Part shown: piece by piece, positions 7,574 to 17,070 of the stretch | Position numbering within the stretch: position 1 is the first letter of the stretch | How the letters are laid out: every line of letters begins with the position of its first letter | NCBI RefSeq assembly: GCF_001667925.1 | Contig: NZ_LZJR01000122.1 | Span: 1 to 32,000 of the forward strand | Length of the DNA: 32,000 nt | Direction of reading: 5' to 3' | Origin: Mycobacterium sp. E2479 | GTDB taxonomy: Bacteria; Actinomycetota; Actinomycetes; Mycobacteriales; Mycobacteriaceae | Program-made: the position numbers and the translations under genes | The notes under the pieces: generated by a model | Databases searched by the model: none | Told to the model about the DNA's origin: nothing | The model's input: only the letters and a program-made list of their open reading frames with translations

Positions 7574-8902
7574 CTACGCCGGACCACGCCCATCGCCGGC
7601 CAGCCGCAACAGCAACCGGGTGCCACCCAGCGGACTGCTCCGCAATGCCGCTGTGCCGCCATGCAATTCGGCCTGTTGGGCGACCAGCGCCAAGCCCAGC
7701 CCGGAGCCCGACCGTGAGGCCGTCGAGCCCCGGGCGAACCGTTCGAAGACGGTGGCGCGTTCGGATTCCGGGACCCCGGTGCCGTCGTCGTCGATCGTGA
7801 TCTCTACACCCTCACCTGAACTGCCAACGGCCAGCAGGATTTTGCGGGCATTGCCGTGTTTGACGGCATTGGCGATCGCGTTGTCGATCACCAGCCGCAG
7901 CCCCGTGGGCAATCCGATCATCAGCACGGTCGGCGAGGGCACCAGCGACACGTCCACATCGGGATAGATGCGCAGCGCGTCATGCGCGGCACGGTCCAAG
8001 AGTTCGGTGATGTCGAACGGGACGAAATCGTCGACGGTCGTCAGCTCACCCTGGGCCAGCCGTTCGAGCGCGGTCAGCGTCGCCTCGATGCGGCTCTGGG
8101 TGCGAATGACGTCGCCGATGACCTCGTGGCGCTGCTCGAGCGGCAGATCCAGGGTGGACAGCACCTCCAGGTTGGTGCGCATCGCGGTCAACGGGGTGCG
8201 CAGCTCGTGGGAGGCGACCGCCGCAAAGTCGCGGGCCGACTCGAGCGCGGCCCTGGTGCGCTGCTGCTCCTTGCCTATGCGGGCCAGCATTCCCTCCACC
8301 GCTTCTGCGATCTCCACGGCCTCGCGCACGCCGCGAACCTGGACCTCGTCGGGGCTCGACTGGGCGTTGATGGCCCGGGCCTGCTGGGCCAGCAGCAGGA
8401 ACGGATTGACCATGATCAACGAGATCACCCAGCCCACGACGACGGTGCCGCCGATCACGCTTGCACAGATCAGCAGCACCCGCAGGTGCAGTTCATTGAT
8501 CCGATGCTGAGCTTCGGCCAACGGAGCGGCCAGCGCGATCGAGGCGGGCCCCGCGGTGAAGGTGCGGACGCGGTACTGCACGCCGTTGATGGTGGTGTTG
8601 GCGTAGCCATCGGGAAGCCGGGGCAACACGATGCTGGTGGGCACCGACACGGTCACCCCGCCGATGCGGGCCGTGCGCACCAGGTTGCCATCCGGAGCGG
8701 GGCGGTCCGGATTGGTGTGCTCCGCGTTGTTGAGCAGGCTGCTGATGTCGCCCAGGCTGCTGACCGAATCGAGACGCCGATCGAGCTGGCTGTACTGATC
8801 GTTGGTCACACCCACCCATACCCAGGTGCCCAGCAGTACAACGAGGGTCATCACCGATATGGCGGCGACGATGACGATGGTGCGCAGCGACAGCACCCGC
8901 AT
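7574..8902 (-). CDS. Two-component sensor histidine kinase, PrrB-like, with no adjacent response regulator
   Basis: 442 aa with two N-terminal TM segments around a periplasmic-type loop. It has an H-box ASHELRTPLTAMRTNLEVL, an N-box DNAIANAVKHG, a G1 box IDDDGTGV and a G2 box GSGLGLALV. From memory, the C-terminal half strongly resembles M. tuberculosis PrrB. Confidence 0.9.
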   Translation of the reverse strand: MRVLSLRTIVIVAAISVMTLVVLLGTWVWVGVTNDQYSQLDRRLDSVSSLGDISSLLNNAEHTNPDRPAPDGNLVRTARIGGVTVSVPTSIVLPRLPDGYANTTINGVQYRVRTFTAGPASIALAAPLAEAQHRINELHLRVLLICASVIGGTVVVGWVISLIMVNPFLLLAQQARAINAQSSPDEVQVRGVREAVEIAEAVEGMLARIGKEQQRTRAALESARDFAAVASHELRTPLTAMRTNLEVLSTLDLPLEQRHEVIGDVIRTQSRIEATLTALERLAQGELTTVDDFVPFDITELLDRAAHDALRIYPDVDVSLVPSPTVLMIGLPTGLRLVIDNAIANAVKHGNARKILLAVGSSGEGVEITIDDDGTGVPESERATVFERFARGSTASRSGSGLGLALVAQQAELHGGTAALRSSPLGGTRLLLRLAGDGRGPA

Positions 8903-9098
8903 GGGCAGCTGTACGCGCGGTAGGACGCGGATGTCAGGCTCCTTCAGTGGGTGCTGATCCTATGTCAACCAACCTGAGTACAACCCTCACAGCAGTACCG
9001 GTCCGGCAGGCGCAGTGGCGTTTCGCAAGAATCTAACGCTAACGGCATCGCCGTCTCCTCCCTCACGTGCCAAAACCGACCGATTTTGCCCCAGCGTT

Positions 9099-9120
9099 GG
9101 TGAGTGAGTACTCTCTCACC
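9099..9120. promoter_or_regulatory. 22-bp near-perfect palindrome abutting the TetR start codon, a candidate autoregulatory operator with an embedded -10
   Basis: In ggtgagtgagtactctctcacc, 10 of 11 positions pair. TACTCT (9109-9114) lies 6 nt before the ATG at 9121. Confidence 0.4.
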
Positions 9121-9723
9121 ATGCTCGTCTCAGGACGTGACCGGTTGCTCTCGACCGCACTGCGGCTCTTTGCCGAGAAGGGCTACGCGGCGACGTCGGT
9201 GGCCGACATTCAGCGCGAATCGGGCCTGGCGCCCGGCTCGGGCGCGCTCTACAAGCACTTCGGCTCCAAGCGCGAGCTTCTCGAAGCGGCGGTTGCGCAC
9301 CGGATCGACAGCATCGTGGCCGCGAGAGAGGAATACGACGCCGGGCAACCGGGCAGCGTTGAGCGGGCCGTGCGCACCGCCGGCCAGTTGATCTGGAACA
9401 ACCTCAAACAGAGCGAGGATCTGCTCAAGGTCATGCTGCGTGAACCCGACGAGCTCGGTGATCTCGACGAAAAGACGTGGCAGGTGATCACCGACAACGC
9501 CTATCAACGCTTCGCGGACGAGCTGGCGGCATTGAATCGGTCCGGCCGCACCAGCATCCCCGATCCCGAAGCGGCCGCGGCCGTCGCGATCGGGTCGCTG
9601 TCGTATGCCGCGACGCTGCAAGCGCTGACCGGTCGCCTGCCCGGCAACACCGATGAAGGACGGTACTTCCAGGCGTGGGTCAACCAAACCGTCAGCGTCC
9701 TCAACCAATACAGAAACCGCTAA
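9121..9723 (+). CDS. TetR/AcrR family transcriptional regulator
   Basis: The N-terminal HTH reads RDRLLSTALRLFAEKGYAATSVADIQRESGLAPGSGALYKHFGSKRELL. The ORF track starts at GTG 9067. ATG 9121 is preferred because of the -10/operator context. Confidence 0.85.
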   Translation: MLVSGRDRLLSTALRLFAEKGYAATSVADIQRESGLAPGSGALYKHFGSKRELLEAAVAHRIDSIVAAREEYDAGQPGSVERAVRTAGQLIWNNLKQSEDLLKVMLREPDELGDLDEKTWQVITDNAYQRFADELAALNRSGRTSIPDPEAAAAVAIGSLSYAATLQALTGRLPGNTDEGRYFQAWVNQTVSVLNQYRNR

Positions 9724-9750
9724 CCGGCAATCTATTTCAGGAGCACAGCT

Positions 9751-10962
9751 GTGACATTTTCACTGCAACTCAGCGACGACGTGATCGAGGTGCGCGATTG
9801 GGTGCACAAGTTCGCCGCCGACATCATCCGTCCGGCCGCGGCCGAATGGGACGAGCGCGAGGAAACCCCGTGGCCGGTGATCCAAGAGGCCGCAAAGGTC
9901 GGCCTGTATTCCCCAGACTTCTTCGCGCAGCAGGCTGCCGAGCCCACCGGGCTGGGGATGCTGACCGCGTTCGAGGAGATGTTCTGGGGTGACGCCGGCA
10001 TCGCGCTGTCCATCATGGGCACCGGCCTGGCCGCAGCGGCGTTGGCGGGCAACGGGACTCCCGACCAACTGGGGCGCTGGCTACCCGAGATGTTCGGTAC
10101 GTCCGACGAGCCCAAGCTCGGTGCCTTCTGCTCGTCCGAGCCCGACGCGGGTTCTGACGTAGGCGGCATCCGCACTCGGGCGCGCTTCGACGAGGCGACC
10201 AATGAGTGGGTGCTCAACGGCACCAAGACCTGGGCCACCAACGGCGGCATCGCCAACGTGCACATCGTGGTCGCCTCAGTCCATCCTGAACTCGGCACCC
10301 GCGGCCAAGCCAGCTTCGTCATCGGGCCGGACACCAAAGGTCTGGCGCAGGGTCAGAAGTTCAAGAAGCACGGCATCCGTGCGTCGCACACCGCAGAGGT
10401 GGTGCTCGACAACGTCCGCCTGCCCGAGGACGCCATCCTCGGCGGCCGGGAGAAGTTCGAGGCGCGGATCGCCCGAGTCAAGTCCGGTGCCTCCTCGGGC
10501 GGTCAGGCGGCCATGAAGACCTTCGAGCGTACTCGGCCCACGGTCGGGGCGATGGCCGTCGGCGTGGCGCGGGCCGCCTACGAGTACGCTCTCGACTATG
10601 CCTGCCAGCGTGAGCAATTCGGCCGCAAGATCGGCGAATTCCAGGCGGTGGCGTTCAAGCTGGCGGACATGAAGAGCCGCATCGATGCGGCCCGCCTGCT
10701 GGTGTGGCGGGCCGGCTGGATGGCGCGCAACAACCAGAACTTCGACTCGGCGGAGGGCTCGATGGCCAAGCTGGTCGCGAGCGAGGCCGCGGTCTATGTC
10801 ACAGACGAGGCCATCCAGATCTTGGGCGGCAACGGCTATACCCGCGACTACCCCGTGGAGCGCATGCACCGCGACGCAAAGATTTTCACGATCTTCGAGG
10901 GCACCAGCGAGATTCAGCGGTTGGTGATTTCGCGGGCGGTGACCGGCCTGCCCATCCGTTAG
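9751..10962 (+). CDS. Acyl-CoA dehydrogenase (FadE family)
   Basis: 403 aa with the blocks [27 protein letters not shown] and the C-terminal [15 protein letters not shown]. An SD caggag lies upstream of the GTG. It is probably co-transcribed with the TetR gene. Confidence 0.95.
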   Translation: MTFSLQLSDDVIEVRDWVHKFAADIIRPAAAEWDEREETPWPVIQEAAKVGLYSPDFFAQQAAEPTGLGMLTAFEEMFWGDAGIALSIMGTGLAAAALAGNGTPDQLGRWLPEMFGTSDEPKLGAFCSSEPDAGSDVGGIRTRARFDEATNEWVLNGTKTWATNGGIANVHIVVASVHPELGTRGQASFVIGPDTKGLAQGQKFKKHGIRASHTAEVVLDNVRLPEDAILGGREKFEARIARVKSGASSGGQAAMKTFERTRPTVGAMAVGVARAAYEYALDYACQREQFGRKIGEFQAVAFKLADMKSRIDAARLLVWRAGWMARNNQNFDSAEGSMAKLVASEAAVYVTDEAIQILGGNGYTRDYPVERMHRDAKIFTIFEGTSEIQRLVISRAVTGLPIR

Positions 10963-10995
10963 TACGCGCAATTCGACTGCGTCCAAGAGCTTCTG

Positions 10996-11014
10996 CGACG
11001 ACTCGGAGTCGTCG
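10996..11014 (+). terminator. Short hairpin downstream of the acyl-CoA dehydrogenase gene
   Basis: cgacgact-cgg-agtcgtcg, an 8-bp stem 34 nt after the stop codon. Confidence 0.25.
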
Positions 11015-11120
11015 TCGGTGGCTGCAGCGTGGCGTCGTGCCGGGCGATCGCGGTCGATCTTCGCCCCGTTGATCACACCGATCTAGTGACCCCACGCGCC
11101 GGGCACGACATGATGGGCGG

Positions 11121-12338
11121 ATGACCACCGAGATCCGGGCCCTGGACACCGACGACGATCTCGTCGGCGCAGCTCAATTGTTTCGCACCGCGATGGTGGG
11201 TCTGCCGCCCATGCAGAAGCTGCCGCCCGGCCAGATCACGAAGCTGTTCGAGCCCGGACGCACCCTCGGCGCGTTCATCGATGGACAACTTGTCGGCACC
11301 GCGGATGCCGTGACGAGCACTTTGACACTTCCCGGCGGAGCGACCGTCGGCCACGCCGCCGTGACCCACATCGCAGTGTTGCCATCGTTCACCCGACGTG
11401 GCTACGCCACCGAATTGATCCAGCACCAGCTTCACGACATCGCGGAGCGTGGTGAGGTCGTCGCGTCGCTGCGCGCGTCGGAGGCCACCATCTATGGGCG
11501 GTACGGCTACGGGGTAGCGAGTTGCGCCCAAACCGTGGAGGTTACGAGCGCGCGGGCAACGTTTCGCCCGCAGGTCGGCCTGGGTGGTCCGGTGCGGTTG
11601 CTGGGTGCCGCCGAAGTATGGGAGATTTTGCCCCGGGTTTATGACGCCAATCGTCCGCCGCGTCCCGGAACGATCGACCGCCCCGGGGTGTGGTGGGAGA
11701 GCGCACGGCGCCGCGCCGAATCATGTTCGGGGGCTTGGTATGTCGCTGTACACGGCCACCCGGGGGCCGAGTCGGGTTTCGCCCGCTACCACCCGATCGG
11801 CACCGAGGATTGGTTTGTCAGCGACCAGCGCACCATCGTGGTCGAGGATTTCTTCGCGCCGAGCGCGGACGCATATTTCGGATTGCTGCGTTTCCTGCTC
11901 GACCTGGATCTTGTTCACCGCGTGACGTTTTGGATGCGACCCATCGACGACCCGCTACCCTGGCTGTTCGTCGATCGCCGCGCGGCGAAGGTCACCGCGG
12001 TGTACGACGAAACGTGGCTGCGTGTCATCGACGCGGAACGTGCCCTGGCGGCGCGATCCTACCGCGGCGGCGGAGCGGTGACGATCGCGGTGAACGACCC
12101 ACTGCTGCCACGGAATTCAACGAGCTTTACGATCACCGGGGCCGGCGCCGAACCGACAACCCACCGCGCCGACGTCCGTGTCGGGATCGAGGGTCTTGGC
12201 GCGGCGCTGCTGGGCGGCACGAGCTGGCGCAGTCTTGCCGCAGCCGGACTGGCCCGGGCTGACGATCCAGCGGTGCTGGCTGCGGCCGATGAACTGTTCG
12301 CGGTCCCCGAAGCACCACATGCCGGAACGTTCTTTTAA
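11121..12338 (+). CDS. Eis-family GNAT N-acetyltransferase (GNAT plus SCP2-like C-terminal domain)
   Basis: 405 aa. The GNAT core is VTHIAVLPSFTRRGYATELI and ...IYGRYGYG. The long C-terminal domain ends in ...HAGTFF, a terminal Phe as in Eis. Confidence 0.8.
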   Translation: MTTEIRALDTDDDLVGAAQLFRTAMVGLPPMQKLPPGQITKLFEPGRTLGAFIDGQLVGTADAVTSTLTLPGGATVGHAAVTHIAVLPSFTRRGYATELIQHQLHDIAERGEVVASLRASEATIYGRYGYGVASCAQTVEVTSARATFRPQVGLGGPVRLLGAAEVWEILPRVYDANRPPRPGTIDRPGVWWESARRRAESCSGAWYVAVHGHPGAESGFARYHPIGTEDWFVSDQRTIVVEDFFAPSADAYFGLLRFLLDLDLVHRVTFWMRPIDDPLPWLFVDRRAAKVTAVYDETWLRVIDAERALAARSYRGGGAVTIAVNDPLLPRNSTSFTITGAGAEPTTHRADVRVGIEGLGAALLGGTSWRSLAAAGLARADDPAVLAAADELFAVPEAPHAGTFF

Positions 12339-12360
12339 CCGAAGCACGGTGCCCGGCGGA

Positions 12361-13344
12361 TCAGCGGTTCGATTCCGACCTTTGCATCGCCAGACGCACA
12401 CCCGCCGCGACCAAGTCGGGCTGGTGGACCTGAATGAAGTGGTCGCTGCCGGTCGCGATCATGTGCGGTGTCTGCGGCCGCAGCGCAATCAGATCCGCAG
12501 AGGCCTCTCGCCACGCCTGCTCGAGTCGCTCGCCCTGCTCGGGCGAGACGCTGCCAGGGATCGCAAACGGTTCGGTCCTGGTCAGCACGACGGTGGGGAT
12601 GGGCGGAAAAGCGGGGGCCGCGCCAACCTGGGCGACGCTCTTGTCGATGTCGATTTTCTCAAACGACGGCGAATTCGCGAACTGGGGCAACGGCTGGTCC
12701 AACGCGAGGCGATAGGCCGGCCAGTCCGGTCCCATCAGGCCCGGTATCTCGACCGGAAAGGCATCGACGAACGCCAGTGCCCGCACCTGGTCGGGATAAG
12801 TCTGGGCATACAGCCGGATGAACAGTCCGCCCAGCGAGTGCCCGACCAATACGTACGGACCCGGCAGATGGGCGGCGGCGAGCAGCGCATGCAGATCCTG
12901 CACCACGTCTTGCGCGCTCCGCGGCATCTCGACCGGCGAACTGCGGTCGGTAATGCTGGGTGGATCGGGATAGCGCAAAGTGCCGGGCCGGTCGTACGCG
13001 CATACGCGGTGATCCGCCGCGAGAGACGGCAGTACGGCCGGTCCCGTTGCAGGCGCAGCGGCGTCGGACTGGCTCCACGGATCCGACGAGTTGTGATATC
13101 CCGACTCTAAAATGACTGTGGGACTGCCCCTTCCGTAGCACTCCAGATACAGGTGCCGGCCGTTGCCGATGTCGATCGGGCCGGCGAACTCGCCGCCCGC
13201 CGCCGGTGCGCCAGCATTGTGCGTCGCTCCGCCGCAGCCCACGAGCGCGACGAACAGTGCGGCACTCAACAGGCATCGGCGGGCACCCGCAGCGGCGCGC
13301 GACGGATACGTCACGACTTCTAAGATCTCCCGCACTGCACGCAT
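12361..13344 (-). CDS. Secreted or lipoprotein alpha/beta-hydrolase
   Basis: It has a lipobox LFVALVGCGG and a nucleophile elbow VGHSLGG. The start could be ATG 13344 or GTG 13314. The ORF track start at 13392 is probably too long. Confidence 0.8.
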   Translation of the reverse strand: MRAVREILEVVTYPSRAAAGARRCLLSAALFVALVGCGGATHNAGAPAAGGEFAGPIDIGNGRHLYLECYGRGSPTVILESGYHNSSDPWSQSDAAAPATGPAVLPSLAADHRVCAYDRPGTLRYPDPPSITDRSSPVEMPRSAQDVVQDLHALLAAAHLPGPYVLVGHSLGGLFIRLYAQTYPDQVRALAFVDAFPVEIPGLMGPDWPAYRLALDQPLPQFANSPSFEKIDIDKSVAQVGAAPAFPPIPTVVLTRTEPFAIPGSVSPEQGERLEQAWREASADLIALRPQTPHMIATGSDHFIQVHQPDLVAAGVRLAMQRSESNR

Positions 13345-13353
13345 CGCGTTATT

Positions 13354-14076
13354 GTGCGGGTAAGCGGGCCCCACGTGAAAGCGTGGCGGCAAAGACGGGC
13401 ACCGAGTGGTCCCTCGTCCGGCCCCGCCAGGGAGGAGCGGCCCGAGTTGGCCAGCACACGTGGAGCAGCCCTCTGGGTCGTGGCGGCCGTTGGTTACCTT
13501 GTCCTCGAGGCCGTCGCCGCCGCGGGCTTCGAGCCCACCTATAGCTATGCACGCGACTACATCAGCGATCTCGGCCTACCCAGCGGCAGGCCGGTTCGCG
13601 GACGGACGGTTTACCCAGCGCGGGCCTACTTGATGCATGCGGCGTTCTACCTGCAGGGCAGTCTGTTCCTGCTCGGAGCATCTCTGATCGTGGGTGTGCC
13701 CGACAACCGAAGGGCGCGGGTGTTTTTGGGTACCGTCGCCGCGAATGCGGTAGGCAACGTCGTGATCGGGACGGTGCACAGCGGCGCGGTGCACATCGAG
13801 GGCGCTGTGCTCGCGATCGTCGGCGGCAACGCCGCCATCGTGACCGGACCCAATGCCATCGGCGCACTCGCCGATCGGCGTTGGTATCGCTTGGCTTCCA
13901 AAGCGCTCGCGACGCTCGGCTTTTCTTCTCTTGCGATGCTGATGATGAATTCGGCGACGGCAAAAACGGCCCTGCTGCCTGACGGCGCATGGGAACGCGG
14001 AAGTGTGTACTCGATCACCACCTGGCAATTGCTCACCGCCGCTTGCCTGCTGACGCGAACTACTCGCGCCGCCTAG
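13354..14076 (+). CDS. Integral membrane protein, DUF998-like
   Basis: It has several hydrophobic helices and the N-terminal block FEPTYSYARDYISDLG, which is typical of DUF998. The exact start is uncertain. Confidence 0.55.
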   Translation: MRVSGPHVKAWRQRRAPSGPSSGPAREERPELASTRGAALWVVAAVGYLVLEAVAAAGFEPTYSYARDYISDLGLPSGRPVRGRTVYPARAYLMHAAFYLQGSLFLLGASLIVGVPDNRRARVFLGTVAANAVGNVVIGTVHSGAVHIEGAVLAIVGGNAAIVTGPNAIGALADRRWYRLASKALATLGFSSLAMLMMNSATAKTALLPDGAWERGSVYSITTWQLLTAACLLTRTTRAA

Positions 14077-14271
14077 GACATTGCCGCAGGGGCTGAAGGC
14101 TCCAGGTGGTCGTGCCCGAATACCGCGTCCAATCCGCGTGAGCTCGGGCCGACTGCCGATCCGCGCACGGTCGCGCCGTCGCGGCCACGTCAACCCCGGT
14201 CGTCACGAATTTCCGCTGAACAGTTCGTGATTGCGTGTAGCCGGCTGCCGATCGGAAACCGCCGGCAGGCG

Positions 14272-14553
14272 TCAGCCGTGCGGTGCCTCGGAGATCTTGG
14301 TGTCGGGCTTGCCGAGCGTCTGGCAATACGTCATCGCCGAGAGCCGCGTTGCGGAGATCTCCACATTGCTCGGATCGGTTCCGTTCTTGTCTTTGAGCAT
14401 CTTGCTGACTTCGTCGTTCTGCTTCTTCTCGTCCTGAGTGGTGAAATCTTTGCACTTCGTGTCGCCGCCGGTGTTGATGACCTGTGAGGCCGAACACGCG
14501 CTGGACAGCAAGACGGAGATCGCGATCGTGGCTGCCGCAATGTACTTCATCAT
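14272..14553 (-). CDS. Small putative lipoprotein
   Basis: 93 aa, MMKYIAAATIAISVLLSSAC|SAS, giving a signal peptide plus lipobox. The mature part is K/D/E/T-rich with 2 further Cys. The gene is locally more AT-rich than its neighbours. Confidence 0.6.
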   Translation of the reverse strand: MMKYIAAATIAISVLLSSACSASQVINTGGDTKCKDFTTQDEKKQNDEVSKMLKDKNGTDPSNVEISATRLSAMTYCQTLGKPDTKISEAPHG

Positions 14554-14777
14554 TTGCCTTCCTGGGTGCGAGTAGTGGTATCAGTACACCAAATCGCCTG
14601 ATTTCAAACCCCGCAGGGGACTCCGGACCGGTGATCGCCGCGTTTGCAGGCGGGCGCCGAACCGGCGACGTGGCGGCGCGATCGCCGCCAGCGGGAATAA
14701 CTGCCCAGGTGACATCGCGTTCTATCATCGTCGATCGGCCGGGTACGCACCGTGGATTTGGAGAGGGGAGGGCGTTT

Positions 14778-16004
14778 GTGACCTCGTCGAATGTGCGCAC
14801 CGGCCACGATGGCAGGCTCCGGTCGAGGTGGGAGCCGGCGGGGACCAGGGCGCTGTTTGTCAGCGTGTTGACGCTGCTGCTGACCACGGGCTGGGTGGCC
14901 AATCACTTCGTCGGGTTGATGCCGGTCATCAGTGACAGCGAGCACCTCAGCACGGCCACCCTCGACGGGATCTTCGGCATTTATGCGGTCGGGCTGCTGC
15001 CCGGGTTGCTCGTCGGCGGACGCGCGTCCGACGCGCTCGGGCGCCGGTCTGTGGCCTTGACGGGGTCGGGGGCCGCACTGCTGGGGACGGCGGTGATGCT
15101 GTTGTCCCAGCACACAAGTTCTCTGCTGCTGGGTCGGCTGACCGTCGGGATCGGTGTGGGCCTTGCCATCAGCTCGTGCACTGCGTGGGCATCGGATCTG
15201 AGAGGGCCCGCGGGTGCCGCGACCGCCGGAGCGGTACTGACGGCCGGCTTCGCCCTCGGTCCATTCGCCGGGGGGTTCATCGTATGGTCCGGCCGGTCCG
15301 GCATCCGGCTCTCCTTCGGTGTCGCCGCCGCCATCGTCGTGCTGGCTACGTTCGCCGTCGTCGGCGCGGCCCGACGCGCCGAAGTGACCGGGCCGGTTAC
15401 GGCCCACGACACGGGGCAAGCGGCAGCGGCCGCACCGGCGGCGCGCGGAATCAGCCGGGCCTTGAGCTGGGCCATGCCACTCGCACCATGGGTATACGCC
15501 TCGGCGACATTGGGATTCGTCACCATCCCCACCCGGCTACACACCGCGCTCGCGGCTCCGATGGCGGCAGGCACGGCCACCCTGATCGTCAACGGTGTCA
15601 GCGGCGTCGTCCAGGTACTGGCCCGCGTGCTCCGGTGGGGGCCCCGGGCCGGCACCGCGGGAGCGGTGCTGGCCGCGCTCGGCTACGCGCTGGCCGCGAT
15701 CGCGCCGCCCGCCCTGAGCCCGGCGCTGGGGTTACCGGTCTTGTTCGTCCTCGGCTGCGCCTCGGGCCTGTGCCTGCGGGAAGGACTGATCGACCTGGAG
15801 GCCGCCGCCCCGCCGCACCTGCGCGGCGCGCTGACCGGAGTGTTCTACGTCGTCACGTACGTCGGATTCGCGCTTCCGCTGGTCCTGGACACCGTCGGCT
15901 CCGCGGCCTCGGCGGTGATTCTTGCCGTGATGGCGGTGCTCGCCTCGACAGTGGCGGTCACCAGAGCGGTGCGGTTACGACGAGATAGTCACCGGCAAGA
16001 CTGA
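14778..16004 (+). CDS. MFS transporter
   Basis: About 408 aa from GTG 14778, preceded by GGGGAGGG. It has 12 predicted hydrophobic helices and the motif GGRASDALGRR between TM2 and TM3. The ORF-track start at 14484 overlaps the lipoprotein gene and encodes non-protein-like sequence. Confidence 0.8.
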   Translation: MTSSNVRTGHDGRLRSRWEPAGTRALFVSVLTLLLTTGWVANHFVGLMPVISDSEHLSTATLDGIFGIYAVGLLPGLLVGGRASDALGRRSVALTGSGAALLGTAVMLLSQHTSSLLLGRLTVGIGVGLAISSCTAWASDLRGPAGAATAGAVLTAGFALGPFAGGFIVWSGRSGIRLSFGVAAAIVVLATFAVVGAARRAEVTGPVTAHDTGQAAAAAPAARGISRALSWAMPLAPWVYASATLGFVTIPTRLHTALAAPMAAGTATLIVNGVSGVVQVLARVLRWGPRAGTAGAVLAALGYALAAIAPPALSPALGLPVLFVLGCASGLCLREGLIDLEAAAPPHLRGALTGVFYVVTYVGFALPLVLDTVGSAASAVILAVMAVLASTVAVTRAVRLRRDSHRQD

Positions 16005-16021
16005 TCTGGTCTTGCCCCGGA

Positions 16022-17065
16022 TCAAACGAGTTCGCGCAGCGTTTCGATCAGCTTGATCCGCTCACCCGTCGTGGAGGCGATAGGCGCCACATTGAGGGTG
16101 GTTACCCCTGCCTCGCGGAACGCCGCCAATCGTTCCTTGACGAACTCACGGGTGCCGATCAGGTTGACGTCTCGCACCAGATCGTCGGGCACGACCTGGG
16201 CGGCGCCGTCTTTGTCACCGGCAAGGTAGAGCTCTTGAATCCGGTCGGCCTGGGGGCCGTAGCCGTATCTGGTGGCCAGGGTGTGGTAGAAGTTCTTGCC
16301 CTTGGCGCCCATTCCGCCGATGTAGAGCGCCAGGTGCGGCTTGACGAATTCCCTTAGTGCCTCGACATTTTCGCCAATGGCCAGAACGGGGCCGGCATAG
16401 ATGTCGAGCTCACCCAAGTCGGGGTCACGCTTGGCCCGGCCAGCAGCCAGCGCATCCCCCCACACGTCGCGCGCCTTCTCAGGCAGATAGAAGATCGGCT
16501 GCCAGCCCTCGGCAATCTCGGCCGCCAGTTCGACATTCTTGGGCCCCAGCGCGGCAATCAGTATCGGAATGCGCTCGCGGACAGGTTTATTGATCAGCTT
16601 GAGTGGCTTGCCGAGCCCGGTGCCCTGGCCGGCGGGCAGCGGGATCGTGTAGTGCTTGCCCTCATGCTGCACGGTCTCACGGCGCCACACCTGGCGGCAG
16701 ATGTCGATGACCTCACGTGTCCGCCCGATCGGGGCATCGTAGGGAACACCGTGGAAGCCCTCGATAACCTGCGGGCCGGAGGCGCCCAGGCCGAGGGTGA
16801 ACCGACCGTCGGAGACGTAGTCCAGGCCGGCCGCGGTCATCGCGGTCAGGGTGGGGGTACGGGTGTAGAGCTGCAGGATGCCCGAGGCCAACCCGACGCG
16901 TTCGGTGCTCGCCGCCAGGTAGCCCAGCGCGCTCACCGCGTCGAACGAATACGCCTCGGGGACAAAGACAATGTCCAATCCGGCGCGTTCCAGGTCGGCC
17001 ACTTCGGCGGCAACGTCCTTGAAGCCGCCGGCATAGTTGATGCCCAGTCCAATCCGCATGGTCAT
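16022..17065 (-). CDS. LLM-class (luciferase-like) F420-dependent oxidoreductase
   Basis: It starts MTMRIGLGINYAGG... and has the TIM-barrel LLM blocks FVPEAYSFDA and GRFTLGLGASGPQVIEGFHG. The upstream 56 codons of the ORF track are Arg-rich read-through. Confidence 0.9.
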   Translation of the reverse strand: MTMRIGLGINYAGGFKDVAAEVADLERAGLDIVFVPEAYSFDAVSALGYLAASTERVGLASGILQLYTRTPTLTAMTAAGLDYVSDGRFTLGLGASGPQVIEGFHGVPYDAPIGRTREVIDICRQVWRRETVQHEGKHYTIPLPAGQGTGLGKPLKLINKPVRERIPILIAALGPKNVELAAEIAEGWQPIFYLPEKARDVWGDALAAGRAKRDPDLGELDIYAGPVLAIGENVEALREFVKPHLALYIGGMGAKGKNFYHTLATRYGYGPQADRIQELYLAGDKDGAAQVVPDDLVRDVNLIGTREFVKERLAAFREAGVTTLNVAPIASTTGERIKLIETLRELV

Positions 17066-17070
17066 TACTT

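Noticed and set aside
7324-7717. ORFs of 87-112 aa in the kinase-PE gap and overlapping the kinase 3' end
   Set aside because: They have no start context, have biased Arg-rich composition and overlap the kinase stop region. They are treated as non-coding.
12355-12385. tRNA-like T-loop string gcggttcgattccgac
   Set aside because: Only 3 bp of T-stem can form, and there is no acceptor or anticodon arm context. The string lies within the 3' end of the hydrolase coding sequence.
14484-14777. N-terminal 98-codon extension of the MFS ORF
   Set aside because: It overlaps the lipoprotein gene on the other strand and encodes Arg/Ser/Pro-rich, non-membrane-like sequence. GTG 14778 with a GGGGAGGG SD is the more credible start.
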